Program-made: the position numbers and the translations under genes | Shown here: piece by piece, positions 53,314 through 64,000 of the stretch | How the letters are laid out: each line of letters begins with the position of its first letter | Numbering within the stretch: position 1 is the first letter of the stretch | Notes under the pieces: model-generated | Databases searched by the model: none | Told to the model about the DNA's origin: nothing | Seen by the model: only the letters and a program-made list of their open reading frames with translations | From: Candidatus Ratteibacteria bacterium | GTDB taxonomy: Bacteria > Ratteibacteria > UBA8468 > B48-G9 > JAFGKM01 | Reading direction: 5' to 3' | Assembly (NCBI GenBank): GCA_046296715.1 | Contig: JBKBIN010000003.1 | Location: 8,880-72,879 of the forward strand | DNA: 64,000 nucleotides

Positions 53314-53514
53314 TTAACTGTAAGGCAATAATCTCTTAACTGTTTTTATGTCTCCTTTATTTTTTAACACCTGCGCTTTTTTAATCCTTCTTTTTCTCTT
53401 TGAACTTTTTTTAGAGAGTAAATGACTACCACCAGCACCATAATGAATTACTTTCCCAGTTTTTGTAATTTTAAATCTCTTTGCTACTGATTTTTTGGTT
53501 TTAAGTTTTCCCAT
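53314..53514 (-). CDS. rpmI: 50S ribosomal protein L35
   Basis: MGKLKTKKSVAKRFKITKTGKV... 66 aa. Confidence 0.85.
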   Translation of the reverse strand: MGKLKTKKSVAKRFKITKTGKVIHYGAGGSHLLSKKSSKRKRRIKKAQVLKNKGDIKTVKRLLPYS

Positions 53515-54049
53515 TTTTTTCTCCCTTTACATTTATTGGAATAAAAGTAATACTCAATCTTACTCCTTCAAATTTAGGCGCCTTTTCTATTTTTCCATAT
53601 TCAGCAAGTTCTTTTATTAACCTTTCAAGAAGAGTATACCCTCTTTCTTTGTAAAGTATCTCTCTACCTTTAAAAAAAACACTGACTTTAACTTTGTGCC
53701 CCTCCTTTAAGAAATTTTCAATATGTTGTTTTTTAAACTTATAGTCGTGTTCACTTGTTTCAGGTGTAAATCTTATTTCTTTCATCTGCATAACTTTCTG
53801 TTTTTTCTTTATTTCCTTTTCTTTTTTCTTTTGCTCATATAAAAATCTTTTAAAATCTAAAATTCTACAAACTGGTAAATTAGAATCTGGAACTATCTCA
53901 ACTAAATCTAAATTTTTTTCTCTTGCAATATTTAAAGCATCCTTAATATCGAAAATACCTAATTGATTCCCCATTTCATCTATTACTCTTACCTTTGGAC
54001 TTTTAATTTGAAAATTTATCCTATACCTTCTTTCTTTACTACTTCCGAT
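53501..54049 (-). CDS. infC: Translation initiation factor IF-3, non-AUG start
   Basis: The IF3 sequence continues upstream of the ORF-track ATG (…KERRYRINFQIKSPKVRVIDEMGNQLGIFD...). There is no in-frame ATG/GTG/TTG before the next stop. Candidate start ATC at 54049-54047, 4 nt after AGGAGA; alternatives are ATA at 54019 and ATT at 54007. Confidence 0.7.
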   Translation of the reverse strand: MGSSKERRYRINFQIKSPKVRVIDEMGNQLGIFDIKDALNIAREKNLDLVEIVPDSNLPVCRILDFKRFLYEQKKKEKEIKKKQKVMQMKEIRFTPETSEHDYKFKKQHIENFLKEGHKVKVSVFFKGREILYKERGYTLLERLIKELAEYGKIEKAPKFEGVRLSITFIPINVKGEKNGKT

Positions 54050-54273
54050 TGTCTCTCCTTTTTGTAAATTTCACATTAATTCTTCTTTTTTATTAACTCA
54101 TTTTTATTTTACTATTTTTAAAAAAAATTTGCAAATCTCTTCACTACCTCATTAAAAATCTTATGGAAATATCCCTCCTATGAGAAATGAGTAATTTTTG
54201 TATAGAAAAATTAATAAAGCATCAAAAGCGATTTCTATTTTTCTGTTAACAAAAAAATGATAAAATTTTCAAA

Positions 54274-55230
54274 ATGAGAAATAAAATTTTTATACTCTTT
54301 TTAATAAAGAGCATATTTTGTTTTCCAAAAGAAGAAAGTTTTATAAGCAGGACAGAATTTTTGCTTGATACAATATTTGAGATAAAAATTGAAAAAATAG
54401 AAAATACTGATACTATATTAAATGAAGCTTTTGATTTGGTAAGAAGACTTGAAGATAAATTAAGTATTTTTAAAGAAGATAGCGAAGTTTCAAAATTAAA
54501 TAAATATAAAAAATATAAAATCTCAGACGATGTTCTTGAAGTAATAAAAAAATCTATCTATATTTCTCAAATTACAAATGGAGCCTTTGATATAACTTGT
54601 AAAAAAATAATTGATTTATATAAGTCCAAAAGCAAACAAAATACTCTACCTACAGAAAAAGAAATAAAAAAAGTATTAACCGAAACTGGATGGAAAAAAA
54701 TAAAGATAACAGGAAATCAAATATTTTTATCAAATCAAGTAGAAATAGATCTTGGTGGAATTGCAAAAGGCTTTATAGTTGACAAAGTGGCGAAATTTCT
54801 TAAATCTAAAGGTGTTAAAAATGGAATTATAAACGCTGGAGGAGATATTTATTGCTGGGGGGTCAATCCAGAAAATAAAAGGTGGAAAATAGGTATTGAA
54901 AATCCATTTGAAGAAGGGAAAATATTGGGAACTCTTGAAATTACAAATAAAGGAATAGCTACAAGTGGTAATTATAAAAGATACATAAAAATAAAAGAGG
55001 AAAAAATAGGACATATAATAAATCCAAAAAACGGTCTTCCAATTAAAAATTCTATTGTAAGTGTAACAGTAATTGCTCCCAATTGTACAATTGCTGATGG
55101 ATTTGCAACTGGAATTTTTGTTCTTGGAATTGAAGATGGATTAAATTTAGTCAATAATTTGAAAGATATTGAGTGTTTGATAATTGACAAAAATAGAAAA
55201 ATTTATAAATCTAAAAATTTCCATTTTTAA
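54274..55230 (+). CDS. apbE: FAD:protein FMN transferase (ApbE family)
   Basis: Signal/lipoprotein-like N-terminus and ApbE motifs (AFDITCKK, DLGGIAKGF, GGDIY). Confidence 0.75.
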   Translation: MRNKIFILFLIKSIFCFPKEESFISRTEFLLDTIFEIKIEKIENTDTILNEAFDLVRRLEDKLSIFKEDSEVSKLNKYKKYKISDDVLEVIKKSIYISQITNGAFDITCKKIIDLYKSKSKQNTLPTEKEIKKVLTETGWKKIKITGNQIFLSNQVEIDLGGIAKGFIVDKVAKFLKSKGVKNGIINAGGDIYCWGVNPENKRWKIGIENPFEEGKILGTLEITNKGIATSGNYKRYIKIKEEKIGHIINPKNGLPIKNSIVSVTVIAPNCTIADGFATGIFVLGIEDGLNLVNNLKDIECLIIDKNRKIYKSKNFHF

Positions 55231-55233
55231 TCA

Positions 55234-56496
55234 TTATATATTTTCTGGCTCAAATAAGTAAGAATATGTTTCTCTTTTCCTTATAATTTTTATTTTTTTT
55301 CCTTTTACAATAACCTCTGGAATTCTTAATCTTGTATTGTAATTTGAAGACATTGAAAAACCGTAAGCACCAGCACTCATGACAACTAAAAAATCTCCTC
55401 TCTTAATATTTTCTGAAAATTCTCTATCTTTTCCAAGATAATCGCCTGTCTCACAAATAGGTCCTACTACGTCAAACTTAATTTTTCTCCCGGGTTTTAA
55501 AGAAAGAGGATAAATAAGATGAAAACTTCCATAAAGAGAAGGTCTTATAAGATCATTCATTCCAGCATCTACAATTATAAAATTTTTTGTCTTTTTTTGT
55601 TTCACATAAAGAATTTTTGTAATTAAAACACCTGAATTCCCAACTATAAATCTTCCAGGTTCAAGTATAACTGTTTTTAAACCAAAGTTTTTTAATTGTT
55701 CCGTAATCTTTTTACCAAATTCTTCAATTGGCTGTATTTTATCTTCAATACTATATTCAATACCAAATCCACCTCCAATATCAAGAATTTCCGGATAAAA
55801 TCCGTTTTTTTCACAGAACTTTTTTACTTTTTCAATTGCCTTAATATAAGGATCGACTTCTTTAATTTGGGAACCAAGATGAAAATGTATCCCTTTAATT
55901 TCTACAAACCTAAATTTCTTTTTTAAAATTTTTTCAGCTTCATCAAAATCAATACCAAATTTGTTTTCACTTTTTGAGGTTTTTATATAATGGTGTGTAT
56001 CAACATCAATATCAAGATTTAATCGTAAATTAATATTAACCTTTCTTTTGAATTTTTGACCAAATTTTTCAATTATTTCAATTTCATCTGGATTTTCAAC
56101 ATTAAAACAAAATATATTTTTTCTAATAGCAAAGGCAATTTCTTCTTCTTTTTTACCAACACCTGCAAAAACAATATCTGATGGTGAAAATCCAGCAATA
56201 AATGCTTTCCTTAATTCTCCTTCTGAAACAACATCTGCACCAAGCCCATTTTTTTTCATAATTTTTAAAATGGTAAGATTAGAATTTGATTTTATTGAGA
56301 AACATATTTTTACAGGAAGTGCAGAAAAAGCACTTTTTATTTTATTTATTTGGTTTATAAGAAAGTTATAACTATACACATAAACAGGAGTCCCAAATCT
56401 CTCAGCAATTTTTTTACCTTCTACTTCTTCAATGTAGAAATCTCTTTTTCTAAACTTATAATATGGTCCAAAGATTTTTTCAAATCCTTTTTCCAT
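55234..56496 (-). CDS. lysA: Diaminopimelate decarboxylase
   Basis: Fold-III PLP decarboxylase with GTPVYVY and DIGGGFG motifs. 420 aa. Confidence 0.85.
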   Translation of the reverse strand: MEKGFEKIFGPYYKFRKRDFYIEEVEGKKIAERFGTPVYVYSYNFLINQINKIKSAFSALPVKICFSIKSNSNLTILKIMKKNGLGADVVSEGELRKAFIAGFSPSDIVFAGVGKKEEEIAFAIRKNIFCFNVENPDEIEIIEKFGQKFKRKVNINLRLNLDIDVDTHHYIKTSKSENKFGIDFDEAEKILKKKFRFVEIKGIHFHLGSQIKEVDPYIKAIEKVKKFCEKNGFYPEILDIGGGFGIEYSIEDKIQPIEEFGKKITEQLKNFGLKTVILEPGRFIVGNSGVLITKILYVKQKKTKNFIIVDAGMNDLIRPSLYGSFHLIYPLSLKPGRKIKFDVVGPICETGDYLGKDREFSENIKRGDFLVVMSAGAYGFSMSSNYNTRLRIPEVIVKGKKIKIIRKRETYSYLFEPENI

Positions 56497-57845
56497 TTCT
56501 CAATTTCCTTTTTTACATTTATTGAAGAAGTTCCACCTTCTGATATTTTAGCATTAACTGATGATTCAAAGTTTAAAATTTTGAAAATATCATTTTCAAA
56601 GATATGTGAAAATTTTTTGAATTCATCCAAAGTTAAAGTAAAGAAACTTTTATTATTTTCAAAACAATAATTTACAATATTTCCAACTATTTTATGTGCT
56701 TCTCTAAAAGGCATTCCTTTTTTCACAAGATATTCAGCAATATCTGTTGATAGAGTAAAAGATGAAATTTTGTTTTCAATTATTTTTTTATTGAATTCAA
56801 TCTCAGGTATAACTTTTAATAGAACTTTTAAAATTGACTTTGTTGTTTCTATTATTTCAAATATTGGTTTTTTATCTTCTTGTAGGTCTCTATTATAAGA
56901 AAAAGGCAACCCTTTAACAAGAGTTAATAGCCCACTAAAAAGACCAATACAACTGGAAGTTTTACCTCTTATTAATTCAAAAACATCGGGATTTTTTTTA
57001 TGAGGCATTAAACTGGAACCAGTGCAATATTTATCGGGTAATTTAACAAAATCAATCTCATCCATATTCCATATTATTAAATCTTGGCTAAAAGAAGAAA
57101 GATGAATAAGTGTAAGAACACAGCAAAAACCTACTTCAATTAAAAAATCTCTATCAGAAACTGTATCTAAACTATTTTTTGAAATTGTAGTAAACTTTAA
57201 GAGTTTAGCAGTATATTCTCTATCTATTGGAAAAGAAGTTCCAACACATGCACCTACCCCAAGAGGAAAAACATTAACTCTTTTATAAGTTTCTAAAAAT
57301 CTTTCCTTATCTCTTTCTAATTTCTCAATATATGCAAGAAAATAATGAGACAGTAATACAGGTTGACTTTGTTTCAAATGGGTATATGCAGAAATTATTG
57401 TCCCAAAATATTCTTCACTTTTTTTTAGAAGACAATTTTGGAAATTTGTTATATATTTTAATAAGTAAATAATTTCATCTCTCAAAAAAAGTCTTTCGTC
57501 AAGAATTATTTGATCGTTTCTTGATCTTGCTGTATGTAATTTTTCTCCTGTTTTCCCTATAAGTTCAGTCAATCTTCTTTCAACAACAGTATGAATATCT
57601 TCATCGCTTGGTAAAAAATTCAACTTATCTTCATATATTTCTTTTTTTATCTTTTTAAGACCATTCAAAATTTTTTGTTTTTCTTTTTTTGTTAATAATC
57701 CTATCTTAAAAAGCATCTTTGCATGAGCAATACTTCCTTCAATATCGTATATTGCAAGTTTTTTATCTATATCAATTGACTTTGTAAATTCAATAATATC
57801 TTCATCTATCTTTTCTTTAAATCTACCTTCCCACATATATTTCAT
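56421..57845 (-). CDS. argH: Argininosuccinate lyase
   Basis: MWEGRFKE... N-terminus and the fumarate-lyase signature GSSLMPHKKNPD. Confidence 0.85.
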   Translation of the reverse strand: MKYMWEGRFKEKIDEDIIEFTKSIDIDKKLAIYDIEGSIAHAKMLFKIGLLTKKEKQKILNGLKKIKKEIYEDKLNFLPSDEDIHTVVERRLTELIGKTGEKLHTARSRNDQIILDERLFLRDEIIYLLKYITNFQNCLLKKSEEYFGTIISAYTHLKQSQPVLLSHYFLAYIEKLERDKERFLETYKRVNVFPLGVGACVGTSFPIDREYTAKLLKFTTISKNSLDTVSDRDFLIEVGFCCVLTLIHLSSFSQDLIIWNMDEIDFVKLPDKYCTGSSLMPHKKNPDVFELIRGKTSSCIGLFSGLLTLVKGLPFSYNRDLQEDKKPIFEIIETTKSILKVLLKVIPEIEFNKKIIENKISSFTLSTDIAEYLVKKGMPFREAHKIVGNIVNYCFENNKSFFTLTLDEFKKFSHIFENDIFKILNFESSVNAKISEGGTSSINVKKEIEKWKKDLKKSLDHIISLEKEISTLKK

Positions 57846-57915
57846 TTTTTTTCACCTCTTGTTTTTTTATTTTATCAGAAGTATTATAATAAATCAAAGA
57901 ATTAGAGAGACTAAA

Positions 57916-59796
57916 ATGGGAAAAGAACTTATAATTGTAGAATCGCCAACAAAAGCAAAAACAATAAGTGGTATTCTTGGAGATGATAAATATATGGTAT
58001 TTTCTACTATGGGACATATAAGAGATTTACCCGAAAATGAATTTGGAGTCAATATTGATGATAATTTTTCTCCTAAATATGTTATAATTCCAGGCAAAAA
58101 GAAAATTGTAGAAAAACTTAAAAATCTTGCTAAAATTTCTACAAACATTTATCTTGCGACAGATGAAGACCGAGAAGGTGAAGCAATTGCATGGCATGTT
58201 GTTTGTCTGATCAATAAAAAAATTGAAGAAACAAAAAGAGTAACTTTTCATGAAATTGTTCCAGAAGCAATAAAAAAAGCCTTTTCAAATCCAAGACAGA
58301 TTTCCCTTGAACTTGTTAATGCACAACAAGCAAGAAGAATACTTGACAGAATTGTTGGTTACAAAATAAGCCCTATACTCGGCAAACATCTTGAAATTGG
58401 GTTGTCTGCTGGAAGAGTCCAATCTGTTGCCTTAAAACTTATTGTAGAAAGAGAGAAAGAAATTGAAAATTTTATTCCTGAAACTTATTTTATTATAAGA
58501 TGTGAAGTTGAAAAAGATGGAGAAAAAGTTATCTTTAATTTGATCAAAATTGGAGAAACTTTAATTGAAAAAGAAAAAATAAAAGAAGCACAAGAAGTAG
58601 ATAAAATCATAGAAAAATTAAAGCAAGGTGATTTAATTATTACCGAAAAAGAAGAAAAAATAAAAAAATTAAACCCCCTTCCACCTTTTATAACAAGTAC
58701 ATTACAACAGGAAGCAATAAATATTTTAAATTTCTCTTCTACAAAAACAATGTTCATTGCTCAGCAACTTTATGAAGGGATTGAAATTGAAAGTAAAAAT
58801 ATTGGTCTTATTACATATATGAGAACTGACTCCCCGTCTGTAGCAAAATCAGCACAAAATCAGGCGTTAAAATTTATTAAAGAAACTTTTGGAGAAAATT
58901 ATTTACCAGAAAAACCAAATGTTTATTATACTAAATCAAAAGTTGCTCAAGAAGCACATGAAGCAATAAGACCAACTTCTGTCTATAGAACACCGGAAAA
59001 AATAAAAAAATATTTAAATCACGACCAATTTAAACTTTATGAATTAATATGGAAAAGATTTATTGCAAGTCAAATGGCACCGGCAACTATAAAAAACATT
59101 AAAATTGCTGCATTAAATAATATTTATTTATTTGAATTAGAAAGTAACTTTGTTATTTTTGATGGTTTTTTAAAATTATGGCCATTAAAAATTGAAAAAG
59201 GAAATCCTATTGTGGAGAAATTTGAAAAAGGGGAAAGATTAAATGTTTTAAAATATTTAAAAGTAAAAAAACAAACTCAACCTCCTTCAAGATATACAGA
59301 AAGTACATTAATTAAAACACTTGAAAAACATGGAATAGGAAGACCATCTACTTATGCCCCTACTATTTCAACTTTATATGAAAGAAATTATGTTAAAAAG
59401 GAAAAGAAATTTCTTGTTCCATTAAGAATGGGAAAAATTGTTTATGAAATATTAAATAAATTTTTCCCTGAAATAATTGAAATAAATTTTACAGCAAAAA
59501 TGGAAGAAGATCTTGATAAAATAGCAAATGGAGAAAAAAATTGGATAGAAGTACTTAAAGAATTTTATGATAGTTTCAAGTTATCTCTTGATAGAGCAAA
59601 TAAAATAATAAATAAAGATGTTTTGAACAAAATTATAATTGGAGACAAAAAGTGTCCGATTTGTAATGGAGAATTAACAATAATAAAAGGTAAATATGGA
59701 ATTTTTATCGGTTGTTCTAATTATCCTAATTGTAATTATAATGAAAGGTTAAAAGAAAATGTTAATAATTCCAGCAATAGATCTAAAAAAAGGTGA
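57916..59796 (+). CDS. topA: DNA topoisomerase I
   Basis: Start MGKELIIVESPTKAKTI (Toprim), catalytic Tyr region, and a C-terminal Zn ribbon CPICNG...CSNYPNC. The ORF-track start at 57859 is an upstream extension. Confidence 0.9.
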   Translation: MGKELIIVESPTKAKTISGILGDDKYMVFSTMGHIRDLPENEFGVNIDDNFSPKYVIIPGKKKIVEKLKNLAKISTNIYLATDEDREGEAIAWHVVCLINKKIEETKRVTFHEIVPEAIKKAFSNPRQISLELVNAQQARRILDRIVGYKISPILGKHLEIGLSAGRVQSVALKLIVEREKEIENFIPETYFIIRCEVEKDGEKVIFNLIKIGETLIEKEKIKEAQEVDKIIEKLKQGDLIITEKEEKIKKLNPLPPFITSTLQQEAINILNFSSTKTMFIAQQLYEGIEIESKNIGLITYMRTDSPSVAKSAQNQALKFIKETFGENYLPEKPNVYYTKSKVAQEAHEAIRPTSVYRTPEKIKKYLNHDQFKLYELIWKRFIASQMAPATIKNIKIAALNNIYLFELESNFVIFDGFLKLWPLKIEKGNPIVEKFEKGERLNVLKYLKVKKQTQPPSRYTESTLIKTLEKHGIGRPSTYAPTISTLYERNYVKKEKKFLVPLRMGKIVYEILNKFFPEIIEINFTAKMEEDLDKIANGEKNWIEVLKEFYDSFKLSLDRANKIINKDVLNKIIIGDKKCPICNGELTIIKGKYGIFIGCSNYPNCNYNERLKENVNNSSNRSKKR

Positions 59797-60590
59797 AGTT
59801 GTTCGTCTTTATAGAGGAAGATTTGATAAAATTTCCTATTATGACTATCAAATTGAAAATTTGGTAAAGGATTATTTGAAAGCAGGTGCTAAAAGAATTC
59901 ATGTTGTTTTCTTGTATGGTGCAAAAACTGGTGAAATTGAAAATGAAGAAATAAGTAAAGTTAAAAATATAATTGAAATAAAAAAACTCAACAATAGAGA
60001 TGACTGTGAAATTCAAATCGGAGGGGGGATAAGAAGAAAACAGCAAATAGAAAAATTTTTAAATTTAGGAATTAATTATATAATCATAGGAACTGCTTTT
60101 TTAATCCCTCTTGCTTTAAGTGAAGGATATAGTATTCAGGATATAAGATTCTTTTATCAGAAAAGTGGTAAGAATTTAGATATAGAAAAAGAATTTCCTG
60201 AGTTTGAATTGATTGACTGGCTTGAACCTGAAATTAAAGAAAAAATTATAATCTCTGTTGATTATTTTGGTGATGAAGTTGCTCTAAGTGGATGGGAAGT
60301 GACTTTACCTTTAAAACCCTCCTATGTAATAAAAAGATTTATAGAAAGAGGATTTAAGAGATTTATTATAACAAATATTGAAAAGGATGGAACTCTTGAA
60401 GGAATTGATTCTAAAAACATTAGTAGGATTATGAAAGAAATTTTTCAATTTAGAGAAGATATAAAAGAAATAATAGTTGCTGGTGGAATTTCAAAAGAAG
60501 ATGATATAATTTTATTAAATTCTTTACAATATAAGCCAACAGGAATTATAATTGGGAAAGCCTTATACCAAAAAAAATTAGATTTAAGAG

Positions 60591-60619
<29 letters not shown>
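59759..60619 (+). CDS. HisA-like (beta/alpha)8-barrel isomerase with a ~45-aa insertion
   Basis: MLIIPAIDLKKGEVVRLYRG...GGGIRR...SGWEV...AGGISKEDD matches HisA/PriA. An extra segment lies between the barrel halves. No other his genes nearby. Confidence 0.55.
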
Positions 60620-63511
<2,892 letters not shown>

Positions 63512-63522
<11 letters not shown>

Positions 63523-64000
63523 CTTTAAAGCTTTTATATTTTTTTAAATAACTTATCACATCTCCCTCTCTAATAATATTCATTAAAAATTCAGGAATTT
63601 TTGAAGTTCTTATTTCTATGTTTTTTGTTATGTTTTTTATTATTCCTTCAAGTGGATATACTTCAATCTCGTCTCCATCTTCAATTTTATCAGTATCTCC
63701 TTCAATTAAAAGTAAACCATTATTAATCCCATTTCGATAAAATATTCTTGCAAAACTTTTAGCAATTACTCCAGGAATTCCTGCATATTTTATCACAAGT
63801 GCTGCCTGTTCTCTACTACTACCACAACCAAAATTTCTTCCTGCCACAATAAAATCTCCTTTTTTAACCTTTTTGTAAAATTCAGGTTCAATGTCTTCCA
63901 TTAAATGTTTAGCAAGTTCATTCATATCAAGAGTTTTAAATTTGTACTTACCAGAAATTATGTAATCAGTATTAATATTATCTCCAAATTTATGACATCT
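63512..64000 (-). CDS. leuD: 3-isopropylmalate dehydratase small subunit (5' end lies outside the window)
   Basis: The frame is open up to the window end and reads [19 protein letters not shown], the LeuD N-terminal signature. The ORF-track start at 63925 is internal. Confidence 0.7.

Noticed and set aside
56421-56496. 75-nt overlap between the argH 3' end and the lysA 5' end.
   Set aside because: Both proteins align to their families over the overlap region, so the overlap is probably real. No alternative lysA start was evident, and it is not treated as an error.

Overview
This is an AT-rich bacterial chromosomal segment, roughly 30% GC judged by eye rather than computed. It is densely coding on both strands, with lysine-, glutamate- and isoleucine-rich proteins, many ATGA or TGATG start-stop overlaps, and two clearly GC-rich islands that turn out to be structural RNAs. 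No CRISPR array, transposase, phage block or insertion-sequence end was found. Gene content in order: pcm (5' partial); a metal-transport cluster (mgtC, feoA-feoB plus a short DtxR/MntR-like regulator); a trp operon without trpE/trpG that carries both TrpB2 and TrpB1 and an embedded gene for a secreted TPR protein; hom; two convergent UroD/MtaA-family paralogues abutting a tRNA-Ser(CGA), with a third paralogue 4 kb on; yggS; an FGGY-kinase/class-II-aldolase pair; a CsaA-like tRNA-binding protein; nnrD and an acpS-like gene; rpmA with a near-leaderless promoter; a decaying stretch (a 650-bp non-coding gap, an NHL-repeat secreted protein with an in-frame stop, and a PKD-domain secreted protein split by two frameshifts); a radical-SAM gene coupled to a Maf-TRAM-RumA fusion gene; rmuC-mutS-mutL; an Ogg2-type glycosylase; an orphan 5S rRNA gene with its own promoter, missed because an ORF extension lies over it; xerC/D-ligA-DUF763-like; an alpha/beta hydrolase; a second acpS-like gene; pta, a hexapeptide-repeat protein and a 3' fragment of ackA; a frameshifted nagB; a multi-S1-domain protein, ispH, plsC, a TPR protein, an unannotated 57-aa membrane ORF and dtd; dapF; comEC; a GAF-GGDEF protein; infC (non-AUG start), rpmI, rplT; apbE; lysA; argH; topA; a lone hisA-like gene; a secreted PLD/HKD protein; purA; leuB-leuD (leuD 5' partial). 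The most distinctive items are the radical-SAM / Maf-TRAM-m5U-methyltransferase module inside a DNA-repair neighbourhood, the orphan promoter-driven 5S gene, the unusual trp operon with a candidate leaderless leader peptide, and several gene disruptions that are either real decay or assembly errors.
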